Positions 20,101-34,500 of a stretch of 46,724 nucleotides of DNA are shown here, piece after piece (the first letter of the stretch is position 1; each line of letters starts with the position of its first letter). The translations under genes and the position numbers were made by a program. The stretch is taken from NCBI RefSeq assembly GCF_018977255.1, contig NW_024705413.1, positions 1 through 46,724 on the forward strand. Reading direction: 5' to 3'. The DNA is from Callorhinchus milii (Eukaryota). The notes beneath the pieces were generated by a model, which was not told the origin of the DNA, ran no database searches, and was given only the letters and a program-made list of their open reading frames with translations.

Positions 20101-23100
20101 CAATTTTGCCTAACATAATTTACATTTTTCTTTTGTCCATCCTCATGTGTGTCCGGATAGTGCAAGTTTCCTTCTCATTACTGCCTGCATCATCAATTCG
20201 TCTTCTTTTATGCGCGATCCTTTTCTTACTTCGACATTGGTTACTATATGGCTCCAGTTTAGACGCAGTATCCTGTAGCAATATATTGCAAATGCCAATA
20301 GAATCAGAATCTTTATTTAGACTAGAGGAATGGATCAGCTATGAAGCTCTTTTTCACATAAGTCCAATAAGGGCAGATCAGCATATTACCTAAAGTTAGA
20401 GACTACAGGCGTGAAGCCTCAGTGCTGGTCTCCCAGCATATCGCCATAATGGCAGTATGTTAACTACCTTGCATGGTATACAGGGGCATGTGGGTTCGAT
20501 CCCGACTCTAAACGACTGTATATTTGAAGTTTGCATGTTCTGCCCGTGCTTGCGTGGATTTTTCTCTGATTCCTCTGGTTTTTCCCTTTCATAGAATTCT
20601 TGTGAAGCTAATGTGCTGTGTGGCTATGCTGAATCTGTCGAAGCTGTATCTGTAATTCAAGACGTAACAATTTAACTGCACTGAAGATTCTGGGTGACCA
20701 GGTGTCTGGCAGGTTAATCTCTTTTATATGTGAATGGACTAGAAGGTAAACAGTTTACTACTGTGTACGATTTCCATACTTTGGTTGCTTTGGTTAACGA
20801 TTGGGTCATGTGAAAGTTGGTGTGTAACAATGTACTCCACGCACCCGTTTGCATGCACATACACGGTAGTTGGTTTATGACGCAATGGCGCGCGTAAGGG
20901 CAGTGAGTACAGATTTTTATTTTAATCCGGAACACAAGAAGGACGTTTCACAGAACATACCCACCCAAGTCGCGTCGGATCAATCCCGAATAAACAACCT
21001 TCATCAAACTATCCAACAGACACCTGTCCCATCTCATCGGCCGAGGAATTCAATCGTTAAGCCACTCGTAACTTAACATCCGTTATCCACAGTGAATTGC
21101 CGGCCAATGAAATCATAATCGTGAATGACAAAACCACGACAGCTGTTAATGACACTTGGCGTGAGCAGACACACATAATCCGGTGTCGAAAATGTTCGAT
21201 CGACCACTATCAAACGTTTTGGGGCCAAAGTCAACCAGATCTTTGACCCACAATGATCTCGAATTCTTGGAGGAGGATTTGGAGGTGTCCTCACTTCACG
21301 ACCGGTTAAAACAAAACTCTGGAGCTGACAAGTGCTAAGTAACGATAGGTGTATACTCAGTGCAGTGGGAGGGGGGCACACACAGAGATGGGGAGGGGCG
21401 TTTGTAACCCAGATATCATTCGTGTATTTATATTAATCTGTGAATCAAACTCCCATTGGCGTTGCACCCACCATCCCAATCCAGCTGATTTATTTTTGGT
21501 TTCTGTCCAGTCGAACAGTCGATTCCTAAGTCCCATTATGATTAAAATGTTAATATATTTTCTTTAACAGATTTCATCACAGACTAATTTCAGCCACCAA
21601 ATTGATTTACTCCCCCAAATTTCAGAATCGGAATCCGTGTGCGTGCTTCCATCGCCACCAGATATATTTGTTTTACGATTAATGTCAGGGTTCGTTTTAA
21701 AAAAAGAATATATATATTTTTTGCTATTCGTGGTAGATTTTGTTTTCCAGGTCGTGTTCATTCATCGTCATTTGTGTTAATGCCGAGAAGTTCAGAAAAA
21801 CATTATGGACAGACGCCGGCAAACCTGCCCACCCACTTGCATCACGACACTCACTCTGTCACACGATGACACACTCATGCACGCAAGGGTCCGAATGGCG
21901 TAATTTGCAGGAAATTGGCATAGGAGTAGGGGGTGAGGAACTTAATGAACGGCGAAAAGATAGTATTGCACCGATGATGAGAATTTGTGTAAGAGTCAAG
22001 GGCTTGGGTAGGATGGGTGGGTCAGTCGGTATGAATGGGCAGGTATGGGAGGGGAGTAGGTGGTGAACCTATGCTCCCTTTGGTGGGTGGTGGTTGGCGG
22101 AGGCTGTCCATAACCTTCCTCAAGTCACTTCTTCACCGGAGTCTTGAGTCACTTCTGCAGGCACCACTTCTGTTTGAAGTGACTGCAGATGGGACGCAGG
22201 GCTGGGCACAGACGCGCACGCATCACAGATCATTAAATTGCACTCAGCAAACGTAGTCTGCCTTCATAGCCAGTATTATAAATCATCAATCTGTGGGTTA
22301 GGCCCACACAAAGATCGGACCAAACCTGTATCTCTAAGAATATTTTAAGAACCCTTCACCACTGGAGCTATAAACTTTAAAATCATCTATATTTATAACG
22401 CATTTCTTTAAAACAGCTTTTTGTGTTCAGTTGGTTGTCCTTCCACGCTTCCGATGAGCGCGGTTGGCTACGTACGGCGCCAAAGAAGTTCAACATATAC
22501 ATAATACGTGTCCCCTCCCCTCCTTCCACAACCCCGATCATACACTCTAACAATTTCTCACTGAAATCGACTCGGGTTTAGCCCAGAATTTGCTAGTTCC
22601 CACGTGGGGTGAAAAATAATTGCCACTTCCTTTTAAAAGAACAAGCCATGCTTGTGTCTGGGGGATGGGTGAGGCATAATGATAAAGGCGTCGGGCCTGG
22701 GGAATAAAACTCCGCATACAGAGGAGGAATTCGTGAACCATGAACTTTCCAGATGATCTAAGGAAATTAAAACATCGCGTCAAATAAGTTCAGAAGGCAG
22801 CACGAACTTTTAACGCCGCAAATGCGGGCATGGGCCAACTAGTGCCAAGAATAATGGAACACATTTGCATGGAATAGTTACCTGGTGTGGCAAGTCAACG
22901 ATCGCCCAGCAATTCTCCTGTCACTGTACACGGACATACAAACACACCCACGACACATTTAGACAACAGCAACAACAGCCCCTGTCGAATCACCACTAAA
23001 ATGATGGTGACGTCACAATGGTGCTTTGCAAGGCTAAGTGCACGTTGACTGGGTCAGGTGATATGTGGAAGGCACTTGATGCTGGCAGGTCATGGTTACA

Positions 23101-23579
23101 AACCGAGCTGCTATATCCTGACTGACTGAGATGACTTGCAGATGTTCTCATCACTGTGTTAACTTACCACATTTTATCATCCATGTGGTTGCTCTGGTCA
23201 TTGTTGTGAGCGTTACCCTCTATTGTTGTCGTTCGGGGACAATAACCTTCATGTGTTCTCTAATCCACGTGTCCCTCCACTGTGTCGAGGAATGTGCATC
23301 TCTACACTTTTAATCGCTTTGCCACAAATCCACCCAGAAGCTTCAATACTCTATTTTGGAAGGTTATACTCGGTTCGGGAGGTTTGGCTATTATTTTCTC
23401 AAGTTTGAGGATCTCTGCATAGGTCTGAGTTTTTGTAAGTCTATGGATGTCTGGGAACAGTTATGGGTCTCTCGAGAAGTGTTTTGGGAGTCTGGGTAGG
23501 TGTATGAGTCTCTGTCTTAGTGTACGGGTCTCTGCATGAGCCTATGGTGTCTCTGCGACCTTCACTTACCGGTGACGAC

Positions 23580-26500
23580 CTAGATGGCACCAACAAAAGG
23601 CGCCAACGGGGCAGCTGCATACACAGCACATATCGCAGTACAAAGGTTAACGGAGATTCACGTTTGAGAGTAAATGACGCATCCAACAGTCAACGAGCAC
23701 AGTCCTTAATACACGCATTAAACAACACTCCGTAGCTGAGCTGTATAAACGAAGGAACATTTATGCGCCGGGAATTTGCCGGCGGGAAAGAGAAACCCTC
23801 ACCGATTTTGCCTTTCACCGCGTGAGGAGCCACCACACCAGCGCCAATGCCGAGGGGGTAGCCGAGTCCGCCGAGGGCTGCAAACAACACACACAGGATG
23901 GAGGGTTAAATGGTGGTTAAACATTAAACCTCGCCCAGCACGTTTCGAATTAGCACGGTTTGCAACGTACGGGTGTGATAGTTGTTCTAACATACACACG
24001 CTCGCAGCGGCTTTTGGCTGGCCATCGAACAAAGACCGTCACCGCATCATCGCGCGGCCCTTTCAGATGCACTCTTGCGGCCATTTGCAACGCTCTTCCG
24101 ATATTAGGAAGTCACTGGAGGCATGGTAATTTTACATCATCTAGATTGAAAACTGATTTCTTGCGAACTGCTTCTCGTCTTTAGTTGTCCTTCCTCCACA
24201 CCTCCGATTAGCACAGTTGGCTAGGTACGTGTTTTGTGTTTTGACTTAAAACTGCAGGAATTCATATTCTTGGTTATTTCGGTAAAATCACGTAGATATA
24301 AAAAAATATGAAAACGAAAAGTAAATTTAATTAAATTACGAGGTTTCGATCACAACACAAGCGATCGTCATTGCTTGTGTTGTGATCGAAACGTCATTTT
24401 TATTCCACAAAATACTCATGGCCCAACTACCGTCTTGTCATCGGTTGCTGTTGCTTTAACCTCGGACAAACTACCGGTTAGGTTTCATTATAAAACAACA
24501 ACAGTGGTTGTTGAAATTAATGATATCGATGATGATCGTTAAAGATTAGACTATTTAAATCCCCATACACCACCGACGCAACATTCCCGAACGTTTGAGC
24601 CTTTGCGTTTTGAAGCGAAAATATTCCGCACAAATAGAACCGGTCGCTACTGAATTAACGTGGCAATAACTTTACATAACCAATTATACCAGCCCTTGAC
24701 ACCCGGTCCATGCTTGGCGGTTTGTGGCCCAATCTAAGAGCTATCCAGGCTCTAGATCTGCTTAACTTCTGAGATATGATTTCATTGGGGAAATGCAGTT
24801 CTGCATCTCTTCACCCGGAAATATGAAATGGGCTTGGCACAATTTTTGCCGATCGCCAGATTGCGTGCGGTGGAGGGGAACTGTGAGAAGTGACTCCCAC
24901 CTCCGTGAACTCCTACGTTCCGGCATTGAAAATTAGACCGGATAAATCAAATATCCTGTATAGCTCACCTCTCATTGAGGCACCTGCCACCAGTGGCAGT
25001 TGTATTGCTGCACCTTCATCCATGATGAGAATAAGAATAGGATTTGGCGTCCTCTGGTCTAACACTGTGTTTGAGACTAAGCTCTAAAGAAAGCTTTCTC
25101 TGGTGTGGACCAATCAGTTTCAAAGACAATGTATCATATATTTTCAGAACATGTTTTTTGTTTGTATTTTCACCACAAGAACATGTGGTTAATGCAGACA
25201 TAATTCCTTGCAAAAGGTTTAAGTTTGGTGTTTTAACATCTTAACATCTGTTTTGTTGCCAGAAAAAATGGGAAAACCTATTCTTCAGAATAGGATTTAT
25301 CCTTATTCCTATACATACATTTTTCCACTCCCCTCTACCGTAATAGATTCAATATTGACTGCAATCATGGCAAACCAATTTTGCTCGTGACTCACGTTCA
25401 TCTTTGGGTGTCGTGGTGATGGTGTTAGTAGGGGAGGGGATTTAAAGATTTAATTCAAACAATTAGGTAGGGGTGGGGGACACATGCAAGGGCATGCACG
25501 TGCAGCATACCCACCGCGGTGATAGGGGGTGCATGGTATCCGAGCCCACCATAAGGGTGAACGAGCTCAGCTGCTAGGGAAAGACAGTTCTGTGTTTAAT
25601 GGGCGGGGGGAAGAGATTCGATGTGAGGTTGACAGGGGATTGATGTGAAACGGTGGTTGAGATGTTAACTACCTCGCCTGGTATAGAGGAGGTCATGGGT
25701 TCGATTCCGACCCAGACGATGCATGTTGTATATTTGGAGTTTGTGTGTTCTCCCCCGTGGTGGTCACATGGGGGTTTTATTTCACCTCCACATTTAGAAA
25801 CATGCGTTCAGAGTGTTTGCCTGATTTAATTTTCCACATTTCGTTGGGCTATCGTTTGTGGCCAGGTCGCTTCTGAAAAATAGCTGCATATCTTAGTGGG
25901 TCTACCAACCGCTCTGCTTTGACTGGTCCAGATGGGTCGAGTGGGCGTGGCTGTCCGAAGAGGGCGGGTGCTGATGTTCGTTTAGAGAGCAGCTGAGCCT
26001 AACTGACCAGGTGGCTCCGCCATAGAGCTGAGCAGCTCGCAATCATGAAGTTGAGAGTTAAAATCTTGGTTGATGGCTAAAACAAGTACACTTAGTAGGG
26101 AAGATCAACAGTGGTTTGTCGTGTGAATCAAATCTCCCCTTGCCATGGGAGTGTGGAATTTCCAATGCTAATTTGACCATGACTTGTTTTGTACGGGTGG
26201 TCGAGTGTGTGGCATAGTGTATGGATCTGTTACCAGCATGGTGCGTGTAGGCACCTCCAAGGGCCGCTCCGTGATAGCCGAGACCACCATAGCCCAGACC
26301 ACCATAGCCCAGACCTCCATAGCCCAGACCTCCATAGCCCAGACCTCCATAGCCCAGGCCTCCATAGCCTAGGCCTCCATAGCCCAGGCCTCCATAGCCC
26401 AGGCCTCCTATAATAGCGAGAGGGAATAGAATGGAGAATGTGGGTTCAGGCTCTATCATGCGTTGCATATAGATGTATATAGAACAGGATTATTCGTGAG

Positions 26501-28132
26501 ACTGATGTGAGTAAAATGGGCCAACGCTTTACCCACTATAAGTTGTCCACGGGTTAACGATGAGACATCGGGAGGTAGGGAGACACATTGTAAAAAAAAC
26601 ACGTTCAAATGCGTACACAAATGAGAGTTTATGTGCATGTAAGAATGTGTGTTTGTGAGCATGTGTGAGTGGGTGCATGAAAATGTGAGTGAGTATTAGG
26701 ATGTGAGCGACTATGTACGCGTGAGAATATGAGCGTGCGTGTTGGCCTGTGGCCACATTTAAACAATTAAGATTCTGCCGACTGCTGAACTATGCTGCCT
26801 GCTGGCCTATGCTTTCATTTCTTTGAATGGTCCCTCCTTTATATGGGTTGTGTGTGTGTGTTTTTAACATGTCGCCATTTTTTTCAAGTTACAGGTTTTT
26901 ATTTATTTAATTGGAGGTCACTTATTTGGGCTTTCTCATCATGCCCCGTCATCCACATGTCTATTTAGATTTTAGACCATGCAACACGTTAACTAAAATC
27001 GCCTTAGAGCAATATAATATACGATATGACTGTCACTATGTTGAACATCTTTCGCACCCTTCATAGCCAACCGTGTTAATCGAAGGTTCGAGCCATCATA
27101 ACCGCACTAATTGGGCACTCCATTCATTCACATTTTTCCAATGCACTGGCAACAGCACTGTTTAGACCGTTTCGCATTGTGATTCAGTGAGTGAGTGTAG
27201 TGGCGCTGAGTTGTAATGAATCTCACTCACCCACAGGGTGGCCCAGGAATCCCGTAGATACAGTGCTCACAGTCTGCTTGCCAACGACAGCTGTGGCAAG
27301 GCAGAGACACGCACGCAACACAAATAGACACAGAGACAAAAACAATCCCCTTCATTGCCTGCATAGCATGTTAGGGCAAGTGCTGTTAGAAGGCATAACA
27401 GCCTTGGTCTCCCCACTGGTGATGTCCATACACTGACCCCTACAATTATTTTTAATGATGAGTGAAAGAAAGGCCCAGGACCAGTTCAAATATTCTCCAC
27501 CGTTATTAGTTGTGAGTGGGAATCGAACTTAGGTCACCGGTTTATAGCACAGTGCGCTACACACTACACCACATTGCTCCCACAAGGATTCCCCCTATAG
27601 CCTTAAACTGTTGGGGCAAGTGTTGTTCACGAGTAGTAATTATTTAGGTAAGTAACGGCACACAAGCGGGTAAATGACCAGCACCACAGAAATCAAAAAG
27701 GTTAAGACAGCCATAGAAGCATACACACGGACACACAAATAGATGCACAGACTTAATCTTTTTTTTATTTTACCATGTAAGGTCGACTGAGCTATGTAGC
27801 TCTTTTTCAGAAGCGACCTGGTCACGATTGATAGCTTAACAAAGTGGCTGATGTGGAAATGTATAGCAGCAGCCAAACACTCTAAACACATGTTTCTGAA
27901 TGTGGAGGGGAAAATTAGAGAACCTGGATAAAAATCCTCACCACCACACAGACTCGCACAGAGACATCCATAGACACTCAAAGTCAGACGCAGTCTCGCA
28001 CTCACAGAGATCCACAGATAGACACACAAAAATACAGACTCACACTCACACAGAGATTCCATCCAACTTACGCGTCGCAGTGGCGAGGTGAAAGAGGGCG
28101 AGGACGAGGAGAGCTTGAATAGCGGCGGCCAT
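23580..28132 (-). CDS. lamprin: Lamprin precursor, copy 3 (complete). Coding exons 28072-28132, 27231-27290, 26234-26407, [cassette 25511-25573], 23803-23877, 23580-23614
   Basis: Same exon sizes and splice sites as copy 2 with an intact frame: 134 aa without the cassette exon, 155 aa with the 63-nt cassette. Confidence 0.95.
25511..25573 (-). CDS. lamprin: Lamprin cassette exon 4 (copy 3), AAELVHPYGGLGYHAPPITAV
   Basis: Pyrimidine tract plus TAG/CAG tandem acceptor (ctgtctttccctag|cag), encodes a GGLGY unit, donor GG|GTATGC (alternative G|GTGGGT). 63 nt, phase 1-1. Lamprin genes are known to have an alternatively spliced exon 4. Confidence 0.8.
25651..25905 (+). mobile_element. V-SINE-like SINE in intron 3 of copy 3
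   Basis: Same sequence as 12263-12517. Confidence 0.75.
26274..26408 (-). repeat. Coding 15-bp minisatellite, 9 units (GGLGY)
   Basis: Same unit order as 12886-13020. Confidence 0.97.
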
Positions 28133-28210
28133 TTTGCTTTCGGGGTTTTCTGCTTTCGCTGTCGACGACAAGAAAGAAGGGCTTGAGTTGAGGCTGATGA
28201 AGCTTCACTT

Positions 28211-28249
28211 CGGAGTGACGAGCCTGGAGTTTGAGCCCCAGCTTTTAAA
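28211..28249 (-). promoter_or_regulatory. Lamprin core promoter (copy 3)
   Basis: Identical TATA-like and Inr-like arrangement to copy 2. Confidence 0.65.
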
Positions 28250-29374
28250 GGCAGCAACCAGGGGATGGCTTGGCTTTGACCCAGCCAAGACAAGACCTAG
28301 CCTCAATAGCTCCAGTGTAGCGCTGGCAAACGACAAAAGCAAACAACCGCGTCTATTTCCTGTCAAAATACGGGAGGCATTGAAGCCTCTCCAAATATTG
28401 ATGGGGTTTTGGGTTTTTTTTACTTCAGTTTCAGTACATTTCCACTCGATACCACTAAATGTTTCATTTGCCTCGATATTAAACTCAAACTAAATTATTA
28501 TTTTTTACCAGGTAAGGTCCACTGATAATATGGCTCTTTTTCAGAAGCAACCTGGCCATCACAAATGATAGTACAACGAAGTGGCTGATGAAGCGGTCTA
28601 CAGGGTACGGTGGTGGAGGCGACGGCTGAGAGACGACGGATAATGAGAAAGGATGAACGATGCTGTGGACGACGCAAGTATGGGATTGAGGTGACGCAAA
28701 TCGGGGAGCGGTATTCATAAAGTGATGAAGTCTTGGCGAAACGATGCAAAAGGGGGAGATGTGAATCGAGGTATTATTGTTTTAGGAAATCATCCAAATT
28801 GAATGAGACCAGCAGGGGACGTGGACAAGAATGTGTGTATGAATGATTTGGAGCTTTCGTGACTGCAGGAACTGTGACTTTACTGAAAAAACCAAAGCGT
28901 GTGTATGTATGTTGAACTTCTTCTGCACCGTACGTTTGAAAACGTGCTAATTAGAGGTGCGAGGGAAGGACAATCAACTAAACACGAAAAGCAGTTCTCT
29001 AGAAATTGTTATCAATCGAGATTTAAGAGCGCACAGCTCCCAGTGCTTTCCTAGTATCGGAATAGTGTTCCAGACGGCTGCAGAAGCAAGCATGCCTCTG
29101 TTGCCGGCTGCTGTATTTCGTATATTTTTCACCCTTTTATATAGTAATCTATTTCATTTCATTGATCTTAATATTAGTTTTGCACTAGTTTTTAGGGGGG
29201 GTGGGTTTGCTTTTAACCATTCAACTCACAACCTGACTTGGCCTTCTGTAACCGCCACCACGCACAACCTGTTTTTCCTGGCCACCGTTCATCACGCATA
29301 AACACACATTCTGTGTATATGTACACATACTTTTATAAGCTTATATTTACTTTCACATTTAAAAAAAGTTTATT

Positions 29375-29650
29375 TTTTATTTTTTCAGGTAAGACGCACT
29401 GAGCGAGGTAGCACTTTTTCAGAAGTGACGTGCCCACAAATGATTGGCTAATGAAGTGGCTTAACACGTGTAAAACTGTAGCAGCAGCCACTCGAAACGC
29501 ATGTTTCTTAATGCGGAGGGAAAAACTAGAGAACCTGGATAAAAAAAATCCACGACCACGGGGAGAACATGCAAACTCCAAATATACAGGCATTAGGGTC
29601 GAGATCGAGCCCACGATTTCCTGTGTACAAGGCGAGGTAGTTAACAGCTT
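29375..29650 (-). mobile_element. V-SINE-like SINE (paralogous copy)
   Basis: Same sequence as 3030-3305. Confidence 0.75.
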
Positions 29651-31275
29651 GCCACATACATACACCGATTCAGATGAATTCTGACACACGCACATAGAGC
29701 ATACACAGACATATACATGCAAATATATATTCGCATGAGCTTTGTACATTAATTAGACAAAGCTCCCCCGTATAGCCTTAACAGATTGTTGGGGCAAGTG
29801 CTGTTAGCGAGCACTTGTCGGCCCACATCGCACACGAGGGAGTTTGTGGCCAACACTTCCGACCGCCTTTGTCTCCACCAGTGGCAACGTTTTTATAGTG
29901 CACATCACTAATTAAAACATACACATGAACACACCAACGCATATATACAGTACGGTCATATTTCCAAATGCACACACGTAAAGTATATTCACACGACAAA
30001 GACACGCAGTCCTATTTTCTCTGAATCCACAACATTTACAACACCAGCGAGTGCCGAAGTAACTTAATACGTTTCGTTTGCGTGACAAACCCGTTAACGT
30101 ATTCTGTCGGCTGGTGGTGGGTTAACGAGACATTCATATTTCTTGGTTCTTTCGGTAAAGTCGCGTGGAAGGAAAATAATAAAATAAAATAAATTCTCAC
30201 GACGTTTCAGCCACAACGCAAGCAGCCGTCTTTAGGTGGAGAACAGGTCTGTCGAGAAAGCAGAGTCTAAATGAGACATTCATATTCAAGGGATCTAACC
30301 CCCAAAACAGACTTTATTATTTGGCCTGAATGTTAAACCGAACAAAGCTGGGGATTTTATTTCAGTCCATCGGTGCCCAGTAGTATTCGTCTTGTCCTGC
30401 ATCTCGCCGCCGTTGCGTTCTCGGTGAGTAATTGACAGGGTCTGTCGCGTGCCACGTCACGTGATGCAAAACGGCGACTCGGGGATTGGCTCCTGAGCCA
30501 CACGTGCACGTGTATAGGCCACGCCCAGACAGGCACCTGCACGGATTCATGCTCAAGCGGTTTGGCTGCAGCAACCCGTACAAAATTACTGGACATTGAT
30601 ACTTATTAATATTGTCAAATTAAAATATCTCAATAAAAAGCAATGCTGACTGTTGATTTTATTGAGTAGCGACATCTGTTGGGTCGTTCTTGTGTTCCGG
30701 CATTAATCATATTTCACCCTTTCCCCCTGTGATGCAAGGAGGCTTGAAAGGCATAATGAATGATGAATATATGTGCTCATAGTCGATTCTGGGCATTTGA
30801 ATGTGCAGCTCTGGCGATTTTTGGCAGCGGCGGTCTCAAAATGGTTGACTATGTACACTGCAAAATAATTTCAACATACTGTCCATCCACAAAGCACCTC
30901 TTTGCTTGATTCAGTCTATGGGAGGATTGAGCAGCGTGATGTTGCTTGGCGTTTGGGCCGATGTGGTGTCTCTTGGCAACTTGCAGGGACGAGATCTGAA
31001 CTTTCGGTGTTTATTTTTGTGTAATTGGCTGGGCCTCGTTTTTTGGCCCCCAAAGTGTTTCAAAACTAAAAGGCGTCCGAGATCCCCCTCAATGGCCGCC
31101 TTTGTTGAATTACGTTCACAAGCATCAATAACTTCTTTGTTGTTGGTCAATCGGAGGTGAATGCAGGCGTATACAGTAATCGGAAGGTGATTAATACATT
31201 ATGGTTTGTGAACAAACAAAAAAACAGGCCATTATTCGGGTTAAATTCTTTTTATTTTATGTATTTTCAGTTTTA

Positions 31276-31577
31276 AAATCCTTTATATTAAGTTCACTTG
31301 CTTGCTGCTTGCGCGCTTACGACCGTGCAAATCTTTCGGTCGTTTTTTAACCCACTTCCCGTTATCCAATCGAGCTGACATTTTGCACACAGACTCGTTG
31401 TGCGTGACAATTTATTTTCGTGAAAAATTTTTCCCATAACTTTACACTTTTTAGGATTTTTTTTTATATTTAATTACCAATTGCTTAATGGTGGCAGGCA
31501 ATCATCTGACCCATAGGTGGCAGCCATCTCAAGCCAGAGGACGAGAGGACTCTAGCCGCCACGCATATAAAGGATTT
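31276..31577. mobile_element. Paralogous copy of the ~300-bp MITE-like element
   Basis: AAATCCTTTATAT ... ATATAAAGGATTT (13-bp TIR); body nearly identical to 4933-5236. Confidence 0.62.
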
Positions 31578-34500
31578 ATAGTGAGAAACTTTGTTTTTAC
31601 GGGTTAATTTTTCATTTTTAAACTGCACAGAATGGCCGCCCTGTATCCTCGGACTTGGAATTCAGATTAATGCGTTGATGGGTACAGAATACTTTCATTG
31701 TTGATTCAGATAATGAAAAGGGTAGTTTATGTATTCGTTATCAGAACACTATTATTTGTCTCACACTATTATTTGTCTCATTTCCTTGAGCTGTGATCTG
31801 TGATAGCCAGGTTGCTCAGTCGGTCTTACTTGATAATGTAAAAATGGTTAATGTTTTAGATACAAAAGTGACTCAGGAGAGTACTTTTTTGAATAAAGTG
31901 TTAGCAATTGACATTTGCTTGAACGCCTTATTATTTATATATTTGTGTATGTAAAAAACGCCGCGGTCCCTAAACTGTGGAATCGGCTCGCACAAAAACA
32001 GGCGCCACGTGTCTCAGGCGCCATTGACGTACTTCTCGACCGTTCGTTAATCGAACCGTTGTTTTCAAAAACTTTTTTAAATAAGTTTATTTCTACCCAC
32101 GCCGACATTTCCATTGTGTGGTTTAGCATGATGGCTTTGGGCAGCCTGCATCATCAATTCGTCTTCTTTTATGTTGCGATCCTTTTCTTACTTCCACATT
32201 GGTTACTCTATGGCTCCAGTTTAGACGCAGTATCCTGTAGCAATATATTGCAAATGCCAATAGAATCAGAATCTTTATTTAGACTAGAGGAATGGATCAG
32301 CTATGAAGCTCTTTTTCACATAAGTCCAATAAGGGTGGATCAGCATATTACCTAAAGTTAGAGACTACAGGCGTGAAGCCTAAGTGCTGGTCTCCCAGCA
32401 TATCACCATAACTACCTTGCCTGGTATACAGGAGGATGTGGGTTCGATCCCGACTCTTAACGACTGTATATTTGAAGTTTGCATGTTCTGCCCATGCTTG
32501 CATGGATTTTTCTGATTCCTCTGGTTTTTCCCTTTCATAGAATTCTTGTGAAGCTAATGTGCTGTGTGGCTATGCTGAATCTGTGCAAGCTGTATCTGTA
32601 ATTCAAGCCGTAACAATTTAACTGCACTGAAGATTCTGGGTGACCAGGTGTCTGGCAGGTTAATCTCTTTTATATGTGAATGGACTAGAAGGTAAACAGT
32701 TTACTACTGTGTACGATTTCCATACTTTGGTTGCTTTGGTTAACGATTGGGTCATGTGAGAGTTGGTGTGTAACAATGTACTTCACGCACCCGTTTGCAT
32801 GCACATACACGGTAGTTGGTTTATGACGCAATGGCACGCGTAAGGGCATTGAGTACAGATTTTTATTTTAATCCGGAACACAAGAAGGACGTTTCACAGA
32901 ACATACCCACCCAAGTCGCGTCGAATCAATCCAGAACTTAACAACCTTCATCAAACTATCCAACAGACACCTGTCCCATCTCATCGGCCGAGGAATTCAA
33001 TCGTTAAGCCACTCGTAACTTAACATCCGTTATCCACAGTGCAACTGACTTCCTGGCCAATGAAATCATAATCGTGAATGACAAAACCACGACAGCTGTT
33101 AATGACACTTGGCGTGAGCAGACACACATAATCCGGTGTCGAAAATGTTCGACCGACCACTATCAAACGTTTGGGGCCAAAGTCAACCAGATCTTTGACC
33201 CACAATGATCTCGAATTCTTGAGGAGGATTTGGAGGTGTCCTCACTTCACGACCGGTTAAAACAAAACTCTGGAGCTGACAAGAGCTAAGTAACGATAGG
33301 TGTATACTCAGTGCAGTGGGAGGGGGGCACACACAGAGATGGGGGAGGGGCGTTTGGAACCCAGATATCATTCGTATATATATTCATCTGTGAATCAAAC
33401 TCCCATTGGCGTTGCACCCACCATCCCAATCCAGCTGATTTATTTTTGGTTTCTGTCCAGTCGAACAGTCGATTCCTAAGTCCCATTATGATTAAAATGT
33501 TAATATATTTTCTTTAACAGCTTTCATCACAGACTAATTTCAGCCGCCCAATTTATTTACTCCCCCAAATTTCAGAATCGGAATCCGTGTGCGTGCTTCC
33601 CTCGCCACCAGATATATTTTTTTTACGATTAATGTCAGGGTTTTAAAAAAGAATATATATATTTTTGCTATTCGTGGTAGATTTTGTTTTCCAGGTCGTG
33701 TTCATTCATCGTCATTTGTGTTAATGCCGAGAAGTTCAGAAAAACATTATGGACAGACGCCGGCAAACCCGCCCACCCACTTGCATCACGACACTCACTC
33801 TGTCACACGATGACACACTCATGCACTCAAGGGTCCGAATGGCGTAATTTGCAGGAAATTGGCATAGGAGTAGGGGGTGAGGAACTTAATGAACGGCGAA
33901 AAGATAGTATTGCACCGATGATGAGAATTTGTGTAAGAGTCAAGGGCTTGGGTAGGATGGGTGGGTCAGTCGGTATGAATGGGCAGGTATGGGAGGGGAG
34001 TAGGTGGTGAACCTATGCTCCCTTTGGTGGGTGGTGGTTGGCGGAGGCTGTCCATAACCTTCCTCAAGTCACTTCTTCACCGGAGTCTTGAGTCACTTCT
34101 GCAGGCACCACTTCTGTTTGAAGTGACTGCAGATGGGACGCAGGGCTGGGCACAGACGCGCACGCATCACAGATCATTAAATTGCACTCAGCAAACGTAG
34201 TCTGCCTTCATAGCCAGTATTATAAATCATCAATCTGTGGGTTAGGCCCACACAAAGATCGGACCAAACCTGTATCTCTAAGAATATTTTAAGAACCCTT
34301 CACCACTGGAGCTATAAACTTTAAAATCATCTAGATTTATAACGCATTTCTTTAGAACAGCTTTTTGTGTTCAGTTGGTTGTCCTTCCGCGCTTCCGATG
34401 AGCGCGGTTGGCTACGTACGGCGCCAAAGAAGTTCAACATATACATAATACGTGTCCCCTCCCCTCCTTCCACAACCCCGATCATACACTCTAACAATTT

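Noticed and set aside
31915..32355. 146-aa plus-strand ORF unique to the third unit
   Set aside because: Chance fusion across the ~1-kb deletion; both halves are non-coding spacer in the other units.
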